A DNA stretch of 64,000 nt, taken from assembly GCA_030141605.1 (NCBI GenBank), contig JAQGDQ010000210.1, positions 310,001 to 374,000 on the forward strand, in the 5' to 3' direction. The position numbers were made by a program, and so were the translations under genes. Numbering within the stretch: position 1 is the stretch's first letter; the number at the start of each line of letters is the position of its first letter. Origin of the DNA: Tubiluchus corallicola (Eukaryota; Animalia; Priapulida). Of this stretch, positions 41,534 through 55,772 are shown in pieces. The notes under the pieces were generated by a model. It did no database searches, had not been told where the DNA came from, and saw only the letters and a program-made list of their open reading frames with translations.

Positions 41534-42193
41534 GAAATAGCAGTTTGAGAAAGACTTCAGTAAATTCAAGGGCCCTTCTCGCTGACCGAGAACATTCTTG
41601 TCGCAAGCCTTTCGCTAACTTCGGATTTCTACTAAATTGTATCCAAATTTGTTCATTAATTTCAAAACGTTTATTCAGGTCATTAACTTATCACGTGATT
41701 AGCAGCCTTTCCATCACGTGATGTTCGTCTATACGACGCTGCTAAGCACGTGACTGGTAGCAAGCTGTTCCAGATGAAGCTATGCAAGTTTGTTTACGTG
41801 ACTGTCGTTGTCCGATTATATTTAGCAATTTCCGGGACACAAAACCTGACAAACGACAAATCTAACGAAGAGAAATAGCAGTTGGTGAAAAGCCTGCGTA
41901 AATTCAAGAGCCCTTTTCTTTGACCTAGAAAATTCTTATTTTTCGCCAACTTCTAACTTACACTAAATTATACATGAGTCTTTACATTTGGCCATTTATT
42001 TCAAAATGTTTATTGCGGTCATTTTGTCTTTCCATAATTTTTCATCACGTCACATTCGTCTGCGAGACGTCTGCTAAGCACGTGACTGGTAACCATCTGC
42101 TCCAGAAGCCATGCGACTTTGTTTACGTGACTCTCGGTAATTTGTTTACGATTATATTCGGTAATTTCCGGGACACGAAACCTGTCAAACGAA
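41534..42193. repeat. Diverged ~340-bp tandem duplication rich in CACGTG
   Basis: aaatagcagtt...gtaaattcaag...gctaagcacgtgactggta...tttccgggacac..aaacctg occurs twice (about 41534 and 41873). Confidence 0.85.
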
Positions 42194-44049
42194 ATCAGTG
42201 GAGGTGCGTAGGCAGTATAAAGTTTCTTGAAACCCACGGATATATCGATTGGTGCCTTTCCTCAAGGAAATCTGCATGCAGTAATCCAAGTTGTTATATG
42301 GTTTTTAGTGAACATGTGAATCTTACTTATTGCAACACAGTTTCATTTGAAACTGTAGACAATGAGATAGGTTGTTCATTCGCTTTTGGGCTGTTGCAAG
42401 CTTAAATGGGAAGCGGTGATAATCTTGGATAAACCCTGTGTTTAACTCGGAAGAAACAGTTAAAAAATGTCTCGGAAAAAGTTTAAGTATAGTGATCACT
42501 CACTGTTATTTAGTGAGGAACTATCGCGTATGTATGCCTGGGAAGGGACGTCAGTGGTCACGTGCTGTCGGTATCCAATCGCCGTTTTTGTTGCTTAATT
42601 ACTGCCGCATACAAGCTAACAGTGGAGTTTATGGCTTTATGCCTTTGTGGTTTTTACTTCTTAAAAGTCTTAATTTGTCTGAGAGTGTCCACCTCATCCC
42701 AGATGCTCAAGCATAATAACAAGAAAACGGGCAAAATGCTGGAAAAGGGGGATTTTTGGATCAATTTTCTTCCCATGCCCATATTTCAAAGATAAACAGA
42801 CAACATTAATGATACGACAATTGACATCAAACATATTGGTTTATCGCTCCATCCCCGCTGCAACGTAAGCACGCTCTGCAGCATTCGGGACAACAGCTCA
42901 CGCTGAACAACAACAACTCTAGAAACTAAATTAAACTAAACTAAACAGCACGACAGTCACAACTAATGTCTAATCAGCAGACGAACTGATTGCACTTTTT
43001 CATAAACACAAATTTGCGAAGCAGCAGCTATTTTAACACCGAAATTAACACTTCAAGTAGCCGAAAAATGACTTTTCAATTTAACCAGAATGTAGAGACG
43101 AAGTTTCAAAGTACTACAAAATACAGAGACATAAATATAATAAAGAAACTAAGCCAGTTAGCCTTGCTTTGCAATAAACAAGTAACAAAAATATTAAGTC
43201 TTTCTTGCATTTAAACATACGAACAGCAAGCCTGCCATGTGTTTTTCTATATTACATGTGCTCGTCTGCAAGTTTTATTAAATTTTTGTATTTTTCCGTT
43301 TGTCAGGCTACGGAAATGGCATAAATTTGACTGTTCCATTCCATAGAACGACCCTTATATTGAATGCCCAAGTCACATAAATTCCTATGGTATCTTTTTA
43401 TCTTGATTGTAACCGGAAAATAGTGTACAATTAGCTAATATTACATTGATGTATAATATAAGTTTTGACCACATTTGAATTTATTTTGACTGTGAAGATC
43501 TCATTGGGGTTTGTTAAACTGGCCAGAAAAGAAAACATTTTGTTTTGTCCTTATTTAAAGTTAATCAAATAGTTGTTTTTATCTAACTTGCAAAGCCATA
43601 AACTAAACTAAACTGCGTATTTTCTTGATTGCAAAATGGTTTAATCAGCAACTTATAGACGTAAGCGTTGTGCATTTCTTCCTATAAACTAAACTAGACT
43701 ATATATTTCCACTAATTCACTTGCAATTTCAATTGACAATAATAAAATCTAGAACCAAGTCAATATTTCTCCCGGTAAGTAATGAAAAGTTGAGCATTTT
43801 TCATAACAGCGTTAGACGGAGCTGTAGCTAAATGTCCCGAACGTACCTGCTGCAGGGGTGTGTGAAATACCTTGCAGGCTGATTGGGCAGTCAATAAAAA
43901 ATGATTGACATTATGTTAGACGTCAATTAATAAGCCAAGCATCATTAAACTGAAAATCCAAACTGGTGCTGCGGTGTCGTTGCATGAGCAACTTGTATGA
44001 AGACTAAGCCATAAAGTTTTGCACCAACAAAATTAGACCAGCTATAGTT

Positions 44050-44990
44050 GCATGATGTCAACAACTGCAGCAGATATAAGAACAAATAAGTAGCAATTTT
44101 AATAAATGTTGGTATTTTGAAATTAAAGATATTATTAACAAATATAAAATTGACCTAAATGTAGTTGATATAACTTCAGTCAAAAAGTCTAAATGGAACA
44201 AGTACATAAAAAGTAATGTAATGTATACGCTCAAACCAAAGTTGCGTTCCCATATCTATGTTAGTTTATTCTGCAAAATACAAATTTTCTCTAGTCTACA
44301 ATTACTACCTCTACAAAACTACTGAAATAAGTGCTAGAAAATAAGTGCTACAGATTACTACGTTACACTAAAAAGCTAACATGTATACATACATTGTTGG
44401 TCCAATATTGAGTCGAGAAAAAGCCAGAAGGTCAGTAAAAGGTAGCAGTATAATTAATGTACATTTTAAATGTAACAGAGACGTGTGTACATAACAAGTT
44501 CCACCTATAACAATGTCAGAGTAGAAAAAGTAGTCTAGCTTGTTGAACTACAGTCTAATATATTGTGGCTTCTAATGCATATATTACCTTGGGAAGGGGT
44601 AAATGACCAAAACATTTGTACCTGCAACAAGTGAAATTAATTTGTTTATCACAAATTAACTTAAAGTTAAAACAGAAAACATGAAAAAATTAAGATTTCT
44701 AAAAAAAACAGTTTTCAAAGGCAAGACCATGTGTTAAAATATCATTTAGACGAGACGAGAGAAATTATGGCGAAAAGGTTAAATATGATTGACCTAAAAA
44801 CAAATTTTAAAAACTCGTATAAGGAAGGTTTGAAATGTCCATTCTGTCATTTTCCAGATGATACTACAGAACGTATGTTTGAATGTAGTGAATGTAGATC
44901 AATATACATTAATAAATGGGAATTATTTGTGCCAGATGTTAATGATACCTACATAGATAAATTGAGAAAAGTTCGATTGTATACATGTCA
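44050..44990 (+). mobile_element. Decayed LINE 3' fragment with a Cys/His knuckle
   Basis: RLNMIDLKTNFKN...CPFCH..DDTTERMFEC. Confidence 0.6.
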
Positions 44991-45289
44991 CAGAGCTGTC
45001 GCAGCTGAAAGTGAAATGAAGGACGAATCAACAGTAATAGTAATTGTTGACTGATGGAAAAAAAGAAATTTATGTGTATAAAGTGAACAAAATACGCGTT
45101 TTTGATCTTGCAAATTGGTGCTTTTTATTGATGTCAGTTTGCTCGCCGTTTTGTGAAGAGGATCGCATGTATCCACGGTACCCACCGCGGTCCTCAGTAG
45201 CTGTGGAAATACCAGCAGCATAAATAACACTACCATGACATTTTCATTGGCATCATATATTGAAGATAGTGATAAACTCAGAACGCATA

Positions 45290-45690
45290 ACTTTTCAAAA
45301 ATACTTATAGAATGGAAAATTATTGTTTGACTGGTATCCCAAAACATGTCCAAACTACTTTAACAATATTTCGTATTAGTGCTCATAAATTAGCAATTGA
45401 AATCGGTAGATATCATAAACCGAAAAAATACCTGTTAGAGCAACGAGTATGCAAAAATTGTTGTTTGAATAAAGTGGAGGATGAACTACATGTAATTACT
45501 GAATGTCTACGTTATGCTCATATAAGAGAGGAATGTTTTGGTACTCTCTCTGATTTTTGGTTCCAACTTTCACTATATGCCTCCTAATGAGAAGTTTGTG
45601 TTTTTAAATTCGTCATAAGATTGAGAAGTCAGAAGTGATAAAAATCAATGCAAGATTGATCCAGAAAATCTTTGAATGCAGACCTGACTG
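45290..45690 (+). mobile_element. Decayed LINE 3' fragment
   Basis: FRISAHKLAIEIGRY...RVCKNC...VEDELHVITECLRYAHIR. Confidence 0.8.
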
Positions 45691-47004
45691 AGATAACTCA
45701 CAGCAAGCCTGACTGATTAACTGCAATAATTGTAGAATAGTAAGTCTATGTCATCAAGACTGTTTAAACGTATATATGTTGCTTTATTGTATGTGTTTAT
45801 GTGCTTGAACCATTATAATACCATAGACATGTGTTTTTTGTATTGTTGTAGTCTGTTCCTTTTTATGTCTAGTGTATACAGTTTTTGTCTCTTTTGTATT
45901 CTGTGCTCTGGTTCAATAAACAAATATATTACCAACACATGTCAACAAGAATAATTACATCAAACAGTAAACAACAATCTCAGCACATAAGGGATTTTTA
46001 TCGCTGTTTCCCATTTAAGCTTAGGCACAACACATGACTACTACACGAAAACGGGCAACCGAGCAGCGGTCTACCCTAAGAATTAGGAAAAATAGGCATT
46101 TTGAAAATCTGTTGCCACTATGTGTAGAAAATAGGTAAGTTAAGAGATCTGTGAACATACATAAAATGCACGTAGCACATTACCAGCACTATCATCATCA
46201 TGCCATCGCTACCACTACCATTGTCGTCATTACTATCACTGTCATTATCAACACCACCTTCTTTATAATTTTGGGTGGCACCGTGAGCCCAGTAATATTG
46301 GCTGGAATTTGCATATATTGGCATCTTACTTTATTTTGCGATATTGAAATTTGAACATTTTACAAGTTATAATTTTCGTGGCTTCTACTACTTGTCACAC
46401 TATAAAAGTGTCAATAGTAATGCTGCACTGACGCAGCTTTAGCCAAGGCTGCGTTCATTGCTGCGTTGCTGTCCTTAAAATATCATTGTAGTGATCATTC
46501 TTGCGATAATATCTATTGCTGTTTATTGGTATTTTGCGCTTAGCTGCATTGTTTGTCACTACATAAAAAGTACTACAATTAAAAAATGAAAAACGCTCTT
46601 TTCGCGTTCATATAGTACAGTAACATCTTCTTCATTTGTCATATTATTATTGGGAATCATAACAAAATATTAAGATGCTCAGTGATAGTTAAAAACATTC
46701 ACAGTTGGAGGCAAATGTATCAGTGCAAAAACTAAACTACAGATGCAAAAAAATAAAATATACGTATTTTCCAAATTTACAAACTGACTATCAGCAAAAT
46801 TATTCTCATTTTTGTCGCCAGGAATCCGTCCAGGGTTATTGCTTGTCTTTTATTTTATTTTTATTTTTGAATTTCTAGTTGCACTTATAGTTTAGCTTGC
46901 ACCAGACGCATTTGCCCAGAACAGTGTGTTTTTTATATGAACTAACACTGATTGTCTGTCTTTTAATATGATGGTCAATGTTTTTAAAATGGCAAATAAA
47001 GATT

Positions 47005-47266
<262 letters not shown>

Positions 47267-47479
47267 TTTTTACCTGTGTTACAAAACTTAAGCTCTTAAG
47301 TCCTGTAGGAAACTCAGTAGTACCTGCACAGCTGTTTTATGTTATTTCATGTTCATTAAAATGTACATTAAAAGATAATCTATAAAACAATGAAAATATG
47401 AATGTGGGGAGAGACATAAAGAGACAAGCTGCTTACATACGCCTATCGTACACAAGCCTTTTATCAAAATTCAAAAACT

Positions 47480-47960
47480 TCAATCTATTTTTGAAACGTT
47501 TAAAATTGCTTGCTGCAGTACCTTACTCAGCTGGGTAAGGAATTCTATACTTGAATAACACGGTTGGACAAGAAAAACCAAAAACCTTTGTATTCGTTCT
47601 ACAAACATACAGTCTGAGATTATGGTTACTTTTTGTGCTATCAGTAAAAGCTCTCGTAAAAAATCTAAATCAACATCCTTATGTACTATTTTAACTATTT
47701 TGCAACACGTGACCAAATCGTTTAGTAATCGTCTCTCCACTAAGATCGTATTAGAAGGAATTTGAGTCTGTCTGCATATGTTTCGTACATGGGCCTCACA
47801 TAAACTTTAAATGCTTTAACGAGAACGTTGCTGTTTTTAGTACTGAAAACGCGAAATATCACGTTTGTTATTCTATTGGTGCGGGTAGAAATTTCAATAC
47901 AGTGTGCTTTTACCTTTAAGTCGTTAGACACCATAATACCCAGTGACCCACACCTGTGAC
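47480..47960 (-). mobile_element. Decayed CR1-like LINE fragment
   Basis: LGIMVSNDLK...IFRVF...LVKAFKVYVRP; RRLLNDLVTCCKIV. Confidence 0.7.
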
Positions 47961-48059
47961 ACTAAAATTGATAAGGAATAGAGGCAATAGCATATCAGTG
48001 TTTCTATGAAATATATATTAATTACAGCGTAGAACCAAACTACGTGGGACGTTAATAAC

Positions 48060-48490
48060 CCGTAAAGCTAAAAAATCGTCTGCAAATTTCGTGTCGCTTT
48101 TTACTGCCTTATTGCGCACAGAGCTTGTATTAGTAGCAACGCTGCACAAAACTTGTAAATTTTGCAAACTCCCGCGATGACCATTGGGTGCAGCCAATTA
48201 AGTCGTTTGAAACAAGTTTAGAGAACATTGGGTAAAGTTTAAAAAAATAGTTACAGCATTCGTAGCGCACATTGTGATAATAAGCAAAAGTTAAAATTAT
48301 TTCATGTTGCCAATAAGATTAAGACTACGTTTTTCGGTGAACCAGTGGTGCATACTGAGAAGGTGAGTTAGCGACGTTTTACCAGTTGGCGTGAACATAC
48401 TAAATTACTAAGAATTTTCTTTGTAGTCACATAAGTCTTTCAAAGAGGTATGCCAAGTGTAACTTTGTGTGGAAAGATTTTTTGGTACAT
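48060..48490. mobile_element. Dispersed repeat family B, diverged copy
   Basis: Shares aaactcccgc..tgacc, caataagattaa and agtggtgca blocks with the other family B copies. Confidence 0.65.
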
Positions 48491-49236
48491 TCTTTAAAAT
48501 TGCCTTTTATAACCGTAATTGAATAGCCAAGGTATGCTACTGTAGCGAGTTACATGGTGCTGCACGCAACAACATTAAAAAATCGGTCTATTGCGTTAAG
48601 GGCATTAATGCTAGCACCATTTGTCAAACTAACACCACTGTTGTGCACCACCGTGTGCAAGACACTATGCTGCACCGTCGTCGCGTCCAGCACCATTATG
48701 GTAGTATATCATCGTTACGTGCAAAGAATTTTTAATCATTCATAGCATATTTACTCAGACGTAGCTATCAAAAAAGACAAGAAAGACTAATATAACACGA
48801 TAAAAAACTACTTTATTTTTCTTGATTTTATCTACACTATTTTGCCAGTCAGTAGTGTGAAAGCAAGAAGTGGCTCTGTACTAACAATTATTTTTGTTCA
48901 TACTTAAAAATTGGCCTTTTCCGAATTTCTACACTGCGGTTAAGTAACATTCTACAAGCAAACTTGTTATTCTTCGGATCATATGTTTAACATAAATGGT
49001 GTAAGATTCGTGAAAACTGCAAAAAATTATTATAATGATGTCATGGGCTATGCTCATTAAAACGATATAAAAAACTACATTATTGGTGTTACAGTTTCAC
49101 TTTTTCAGTACATATACGAGTAGGTGTTACACTTCTGCTTTTTTTAACTAAATTTCTTTATATACAATAAAAATGCAATAAAATTTTCATTCAGTGGCAT
49201 AGATTCCATTTGGCTTGATTTGTAGACGTCTGGTCA

Positions 49237-49440
49237 TTAGCCAAAATAGTATCTTCTTCGGCCGTATCTCCTACCGTAACCGTAGCCGCGGTAGCCCCCG
49301 TAGCCGCGGTAGCCGCGGTAGCCGCCGTAGCCGCCGTAGTAGCGACGATAACCCCCGTAGTATCTAGGGTAGTAGGATCTACGATAACCACCGTATCGAC
49401 GATAACCCCCGTAGTGGGCGTTGGCTGCTGTGACGAGTAG
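49237..49440 (-). CDS. Secreted Tyr/Gly/Arg-rich peptide, exon 3
   Basis: Acceptor ttttttgtag|CTA. Translates LLVTAANA-HYGGYRRYGGYRRSYYPRYYGGYRRYYGGYGGYRGYRGYGGYRGYGYGRRYGRRRYYFG*. The exon is a GC-rich island with varied synonymous codons. Confidence 0.9.
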   Translation of the reverse strand, partial: LLVTAANAHYGGYRRYGGYRRSYYPRYYGGYRRYYGGYGGYRGYRGYGGYRGYGYGRRYGRRRYYFG

Positions 49441-50099
49441 CTACAAAAAACAATTAATTTTGTTAGTAATTTCGTTTTGAAAATGTATGGAGTTATATTT
49501 TTTGTTTTGTCTGTTTGGCTAATTAGTTAATGAAACGTATTGTTACTTTGCTACCTGTTAGATGCTAGGTTGATTGTTTAGGTGGATGTCGACAAGTTGG
49601 CAGGCAAGTTGGTTAGTCGATCGTAGGTTGATCGTAGGTCGGCTACTCAGTGAGTCAATCAAGTTTTACACAAAACCAGTCTAACCCTGTATACAATGAA
49701 ACTGAAAGGACACTAGATAAAATTTCAAGGTGCGAATTCTTAAGCTGCGGGTGTAAACTCACTGATCTTGTCTTTGAAACTTGACGTACAGCACACTGAA
49801 GCCGTCTTAGCCGTGGAACTACAGCGGAAACAATTTATGTTCGATTATAGTTACGTAGTATAGTAATTTATTGATTTTTGGCAATAGGGCCGATCAAACA
49901 GTGAGCACAGTACAACAAAATTTTACATAAAATTGCGAACAAACTTAGCTACAGCACATTCGACAGTGACATCATGAAATTGCATCATACAAGTTAGTTT
50001 GTCATCAAAATTTAAAAAGTAAAAGTCTGGAATAGAACGTGTGATTGTATTTACAAGGAAGTTGCAGGCAGTGTTACGTTTAGAGCAAAATAGAATAAA

Positions 50100-50330
50100 A
50101 TGACAATCGTCAGCGACTTCGTTACACTTGGCACATAGACGCTCCTCTCGAGGAATAAGAGGTCACCGCCCAGTTTCAATAGACAGTGAGTGAGCACTTG
50201 CTCTAAGCTTAGCCATTGCTTTTCCATCTTTAATATTCTTTACATTTACCAAATAAGACTCAAATTTAAATGTCGGTTTAAATTTACAGTAAAAGGATAA
50301 CTTTTGTAGTTTATAGAATGATGTGGTGGT
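50100..50330 (-). mobile_element. Decayed LINE 3' fragment
   Basis: FKFESYL...KAMAKLRASAHSLSIETGR. Confidence 0.75.
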
Positions 50331-50518
50331 CCATACTGGAGGGAAAACTGAAATTTGGGCAAGCTCTCCAGGTCTGGCTGCAATAAAACCAGACACCTGA
50401 TTTTTTTCAGGAGTTGCAGAACTGTATATTTCATGACTGCAGAAAAAGAAAACTGACTGAGACAACATGTGGGAATTCAGCAAATTTCCAGACAAGCTTA
50501 AAAATGCCAACCACTTAA

Positions 50519-51199
50519 AGCACAAAGAAAACCCTCCACTTACATAAAGCTTAAAAAATTCGTCTTGAAATTTTATACCACTTACCGCCTTTTCGCTTGA
50601 AGGGTTTGCGTCGGAAGTAACACTGTAAAAAACTTATAAATTTAAACTCCCGCGGTGAGCGTTAGACGCAGCCATTCTGACGATAAGTCATTTGAAACAA
50701 ATTTAGATAACACTGAGTAAAGTTTGAAAAAAGTAATCAAAGCGTTCATAGTGCACACGTTACTAACTAAGTAAAGTTTTAAAATGCTCTATCTTGTCAA
50801 TTTTAAAATGTTCTATCTTGTCAATAAGATTAAAAGTACGTTTTTTGGTTAGTGAGTGGTGCACCCTGGAGAGTAAGTCAACGATTTTACCAATTGGCCT
50901 GAACATTTTAAATTATTATTTCTAGTTACGTAAGTCTTTTCAACACGTAAGCGAAATGCCAAGTAATATAGATTTGCATGGAAAGTAATTTAACATTGCC
51001 TTTTCTTCCACTGATTTTTGTTTGCGTATATGACGTAATGTAATGGCGACTTCGGAACTGTACTGCGGTATTTAAAATGAAAACAAACAAAAATTTCTTT
51101 TAACGCGAGTACGATATATGCATAAAATTGCTTTAAAGTAATCTAATTTTTTAAAGTGATTTTTCTGAAACCTACTTCAGGTACCAATTTTCTTGTCCT
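50519..51199. mobile_element. Dispersed repeat family B, full copy (TTAA-flanked, Kolobok-like)
   Basis: ttaa|agcacaaagaaaa ... ttttcttgtcct|ttaa. Confidence 0.8.
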
Positions 51200-52277
51200 T
51201 TAAACTTAATATAGAAATGCTGCGCTAACTACAATTTTTGTTTTTTGTTTTTATTTATTTACGTGTTCGTTGTTCTAATTTGTCTCTGCTGATATATCAA
51301 ACGTCCATTCGAGCTCGCGAAGAAACGAGTAAATTTTTACTGTTATTTCAGCTACATAATGCAAAAACACGACTTGAGTTTGTGATCAGTAATGTCTACG
51401 CAAACTAAATACCAGACGAGTGTTTATGGTCGCCCCGTGGGAAACCTTTCAACATATAGCGGCTGCTGTCAACCCTCTAGAGTTTCTACTATTAAGAACC
51501 AACTATCAAAGGTTTCAAATTAATTACTCTACATTAGTGAGTTCATTAACGCTCATGGTACCTATTCAAGAAGCTGAGGGAAAACGTAAAAGAAATGACG
51601 AGAAATGACAAATGCATTATTGCAAAAAGGCTGTAAGAGAATGACTAAACACATGTTAAAGAATTCAGGAGTTGTACCCATCTTAGTGGTAATAGCAATC
51701 ATCAACACTATATTTCCTGTATAGTCTTTGCCAACTAATTTAAAGTATTTTGATAGAATTTTGACGTGTAATATGTAGCACATTATTATGGGAGCAAAGA
51801 TCTAGAAATACTATCAATTGCTTGTAACCTAATAAATAAATGTTTTTTAAATAGGAGGAAGCTATAGAGGCTTGTGTTTACGAAATTTAATCGTTAACAT
51901 TTTTATCAATTTTAGAGTGTTCATTGTGTATGTGAAGTTGGGTTTATGACATACATCAGTGTTTGATGTTGTGCTACGTACGATCTTGTACTTATGTTTT
52001 GTCTGCTACTTTGTAAATAATGACCGTATAATGTTGTTAATGTACTTTCACTCAACAAATTATAAATTATTTCCAGCTTTTTCTTACTAATATCGACTAT
52101 TTCTCATGTTCTATAATTGATGAAGCCTCAAACGACGAAAATATATCAATTGGAAAGCACAATAATATTATAGTGATGATGATTTATTATACAATTTAAA
52201 GTTTTAAAATGCAAAAAAGTCAATACTGCTGAACACATATATAGGCAGGTTAATTAAAGGTAGCAATATTCACTTAC

Positions 52278-52325
52278 CAGGGCACAGATCAGGACCAAAA
52301 AGCAAACTTTTGCAGCACCCTTCAT
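52278..52325 (-). CDS. Secreted Tyr/Gly/Arg-rich peptide, exon 2 (start of signal peptide)
   Basis: ttgttacag|GTAAATC ATG; MKGAAKVCFLVLICAL|gtaagt. Phase 0 joins LLVTAANA to complete a 24-aa signal peptide. Confidence 0.85.
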
Positions 52326-55300
52326 GATTTACCTGTAACAAAGAGTGCATATGTTAATCATAATCTTGAAGACTTGTGTAAGGGTTTCTAGTACGTATCA
52401 AGTTTCAACTAGATTGCAGTTCCGGTGGTAAGATAGTACGTCTTCCATTAACCCGATTTTACAAAATAAACTAACATATATATGAATTTATTCCACACCA
52501 ACACATAAACATACGTGCAAATTGTTATTATATTGAAAAAAAATTATAAACTAAACGAGTTACTGTGAGGAGGATGAAAGAGAAGGAACTATGATTCGCT
52601 CATTTATTCATTTTATAAGTTTAAGATACAAGGAGATTTGTGGAGATAAAATTTATTTTATAAGTTTAACATACAAAGAGATTTGTGGAGATAACTTCAC
52701 GTTTAGGACTTTAGGTAAGTTTTTAATCGCTCCGAATTGCAAAAGTGCATTTATATTCTTACTTTAATTTTTAGTATTTAAGGTGCCTAAAATTGCCCAT
52801 GTGAACAATTAAAATAAATTTATAATGTATAACGTTAAGGAATAAGGTCTAACTATAAAGATAAAGGCAGTGGACCAAAACAAAATGCGTTGCGTGCATT
52901 TTTGTAACGTTCGTAAGCCTTTTTGAATTACAAAAATAAATGAATTTATCGTAGAATTTTAATTAGATTGCAATATTAACGGGATTAAATTTGATGAAAA
53001 GTTTTCAATTAAGTTAGTTTATTCGTATATAATTCACCGATTTTTGACTTTTTTGCCGAGTTTGGTCGCGTTGATTGAATTGTCTTAAGACGTCATTATG
53101 TAGTGGGATCTTTATTAAGAAACTTGACCTTTAGTTCATCTTGTGCTTGAGAAGCGAGCTGGTATTCCAATGTTTTCACAGCTTTTCAGTATTTAAACAC
53201 AGGGCGTTCACGATATTCTACCCTTTATGAGAATCAAGTTGTTTTCCTTATATGCGTGAATTAATGAGTGCTAAAACCAGTATAGCTCAACCAACAAAAA
53301 CATTCACAAATCTTCAAATAAAAACAATGGCGACTAGCAAAGCTATGATAAGAGCACTATCCTAAGGACAATCCAGGACAGGATAGTACAGGAACGATGC
53401 AACCCTGGCAGCCCAGCACCTATTACAGTTATAAGTACCCAATTAGTCAGTTTCTGAATTACATGGCGGCACGTACACAAAATATTTAGTTCAAACAACC
53501 TCCGTGTGGATTTGGTCGCAAAGGGGATTTTGCTGGAATTCTGGTCTTGCTAGAATTGGGATTCTTATAAGCTTCCGTAGAGGAGGCGACCTAGTTTTTT
53601 CAAGGACGAAAAAAATGAAGGGAGCCTATTGTTGCTCTTTGTTTGGTTAGCGTGGTTACTTAGTGTAGTCTGTAAGTGATCTTCTGACACTTGTCAGAGC
53701 TAAAAGCAATCAAGTTGTCAAAGGGGAAAGCAGGCCTCCCACGTATCCAAAATGCAAAAAAGCGGCACTAAAGAACTGAAAAAATTAAACCTATAAAGAA
53801 CTAAGGAAAGACGGAAGACGATACTATGTGAATCGAGAAGTTTTTTATAGTTTTTTAGCAACGTTAACTTTATCGCATCGTTTTATTTTCTCTTTGAGCC
53901 TTTTTACTTTAATCCACATAAACATATGAACATAAGTATTCAAAACAGATATTAGCAACCTTTTGGTACTTCTTAAAACAGACAATTTATACCCTGTTCA
54001 CACTACTTTATTTTACCCGGAATTTTCATTACGGACGCAGTGGGTGGAGAGTGGCCGTTAGATGTGTATGGTGTGCATACAGGGGCGAGGAGGTAAGGTA
54101 ACCGTCCGTATTTTCACTACGAAAATAAGCAATAACAAGCAAAGTTAAAAATTAATGTTTATTCTGAAGCTTCCAAAGCACCTAGTGTGTTGTTTTGGAA
54201 CTACAAATTATTCAAGATTGTCACAGTTTGTTTGCAAGGGAGCAAAAAGAAATAACTGTTGATCATATATTTCCACTTATAATCGAACTAAGTAGTATTT
54301 ATCTTCTGCATTTGACTATAGTAAAAAAGTCTCTAAAATATTGATTGATTCGATACGAATAGAATATACGGAATTGTATTAGTAAATTCCCTGTTACATA
54401 ACAAAAACATCTGTGATACAGGTAAACACCTAAAAACGTTTGTTGAAAGTTGTGTAGTCTGTATGTGGGGGTCTGGCTTTCTGTGTATGCGATTCGTACA
54501 GGGAGAGTCAAAAAATCAGGAAAACATGCCTATATGATGTACTTAAATGCCCCTCAGATCGAGATCAAGTTGCAAGCAAATCTATTTACACGAGGAATTT
54601 CAACTTCTTTTACTGCTTAACAGTAAAGGAGCTCCAATAAGCACTTAGATATTATTGTTGGTTCCATTACGTAATATAGAACCTCACTTACGCACCATAA
54701 AAGTGTCTTGAAATTGCACTTGACAGTGCAAAGGTTTTGACAGTAAATCTACTTTAGCGAATTATTAAAGCAATTTTTAGAAAAACTGAAACTAAAATTC
54801 AGGTTTCGCAAAAATTACTATACTACAGTTGTCTATAGGCATAAGTGCACCGTAACTGTAACCGTAATTTGGAAACGTAACAGTAACAGTAAAGTAACCG
54901 TAACTTGGAAACGAAAACGTGACACTTTTTGCAGCAAAAAATGCAATAGTTAGTTTAAACTGCCATTGGGCAATATATAAAATTCTTTATTGCATACACC
55001 TGCGTAATACGTGTGTAATAACATAATTTAAAAATTCGTTTCTTTTTCTCAGCCACTCAATTTCAATGTAGAACCTCTTTGTGCAATATAATGTGGAACT
55101 TAATTCAGTCGCATGTCATTAATTTTTTTTAATATTAATTAGCTAGGTAAGTAAATAGCAAGCAAAATATTTAATCAAACATTCAATTTCGAATCTCTTT
55201 GTAAGATTACTCATTCAACAGCTGCGTGTGAAAAAATATAATATAATATCGTGTACATCGATGCGTATACAAATCATTAACTACATATACTAAAACTTAT

Positions 55301-55404
55301 TTTTCAAATAAATGTTTCAAAAACCAATGATGTTTACCTAAATAAATCACTTTCTTCCATTCTAAAGTAAACATAAACACTGTGTAAGCAAAGTAAATAC
55401 TCAC

Positions 55405-55491
55405 CTGCAGATTACGATCTTATCCTTCTCTTTTAAATGTCACCAACGCACCTGGGTTCTCAAGACCAGACAGGTAACTGGGCTTTATATA
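55405..55491 (-). promoter_or_regulatory. TATA box and probable non-coding exon 1 of the Tyr/Gly/Arg gene
   Basis: TATATAAA at 55491-55484, then ~50 nt of putative exon ending in CAG|GTGAGT at 55405. Confidence 0.65.
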
Positions 55492-55772
55492 GTCATGCGT
55501 TTGACAGGTGTGGCAGCATTCATGGTTCGTGATCCCAATTAATTTAGCCGGGAGACTGGAGCTAATGCGACGAGTTGCTGGCCTTGACCAGAGCCACTGG
55601 TCACGTTTCATCATGTACTCACAGTTAATGGTCAACAAAAAAAACCGTTGCAGATGAGAGCAGGGTTAATAAGAGAGGTTCAACCGGAACACGCCGCCCT
55701 GCAGTCAAGCAGCCGTGGAACTTAGATAATAATCAAGAAAGAAGAAACAAATTGCCGGATATATTTCAATAA

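Noticed and set aside
49191-49391. Ala/Thr-rich 66-aa ORF (antifreeze-like TAA repeats)
   Set aside because: Alternate frame of the Tyr/Gly/Arg exon, which has the acceptor and completes the signal peptide.
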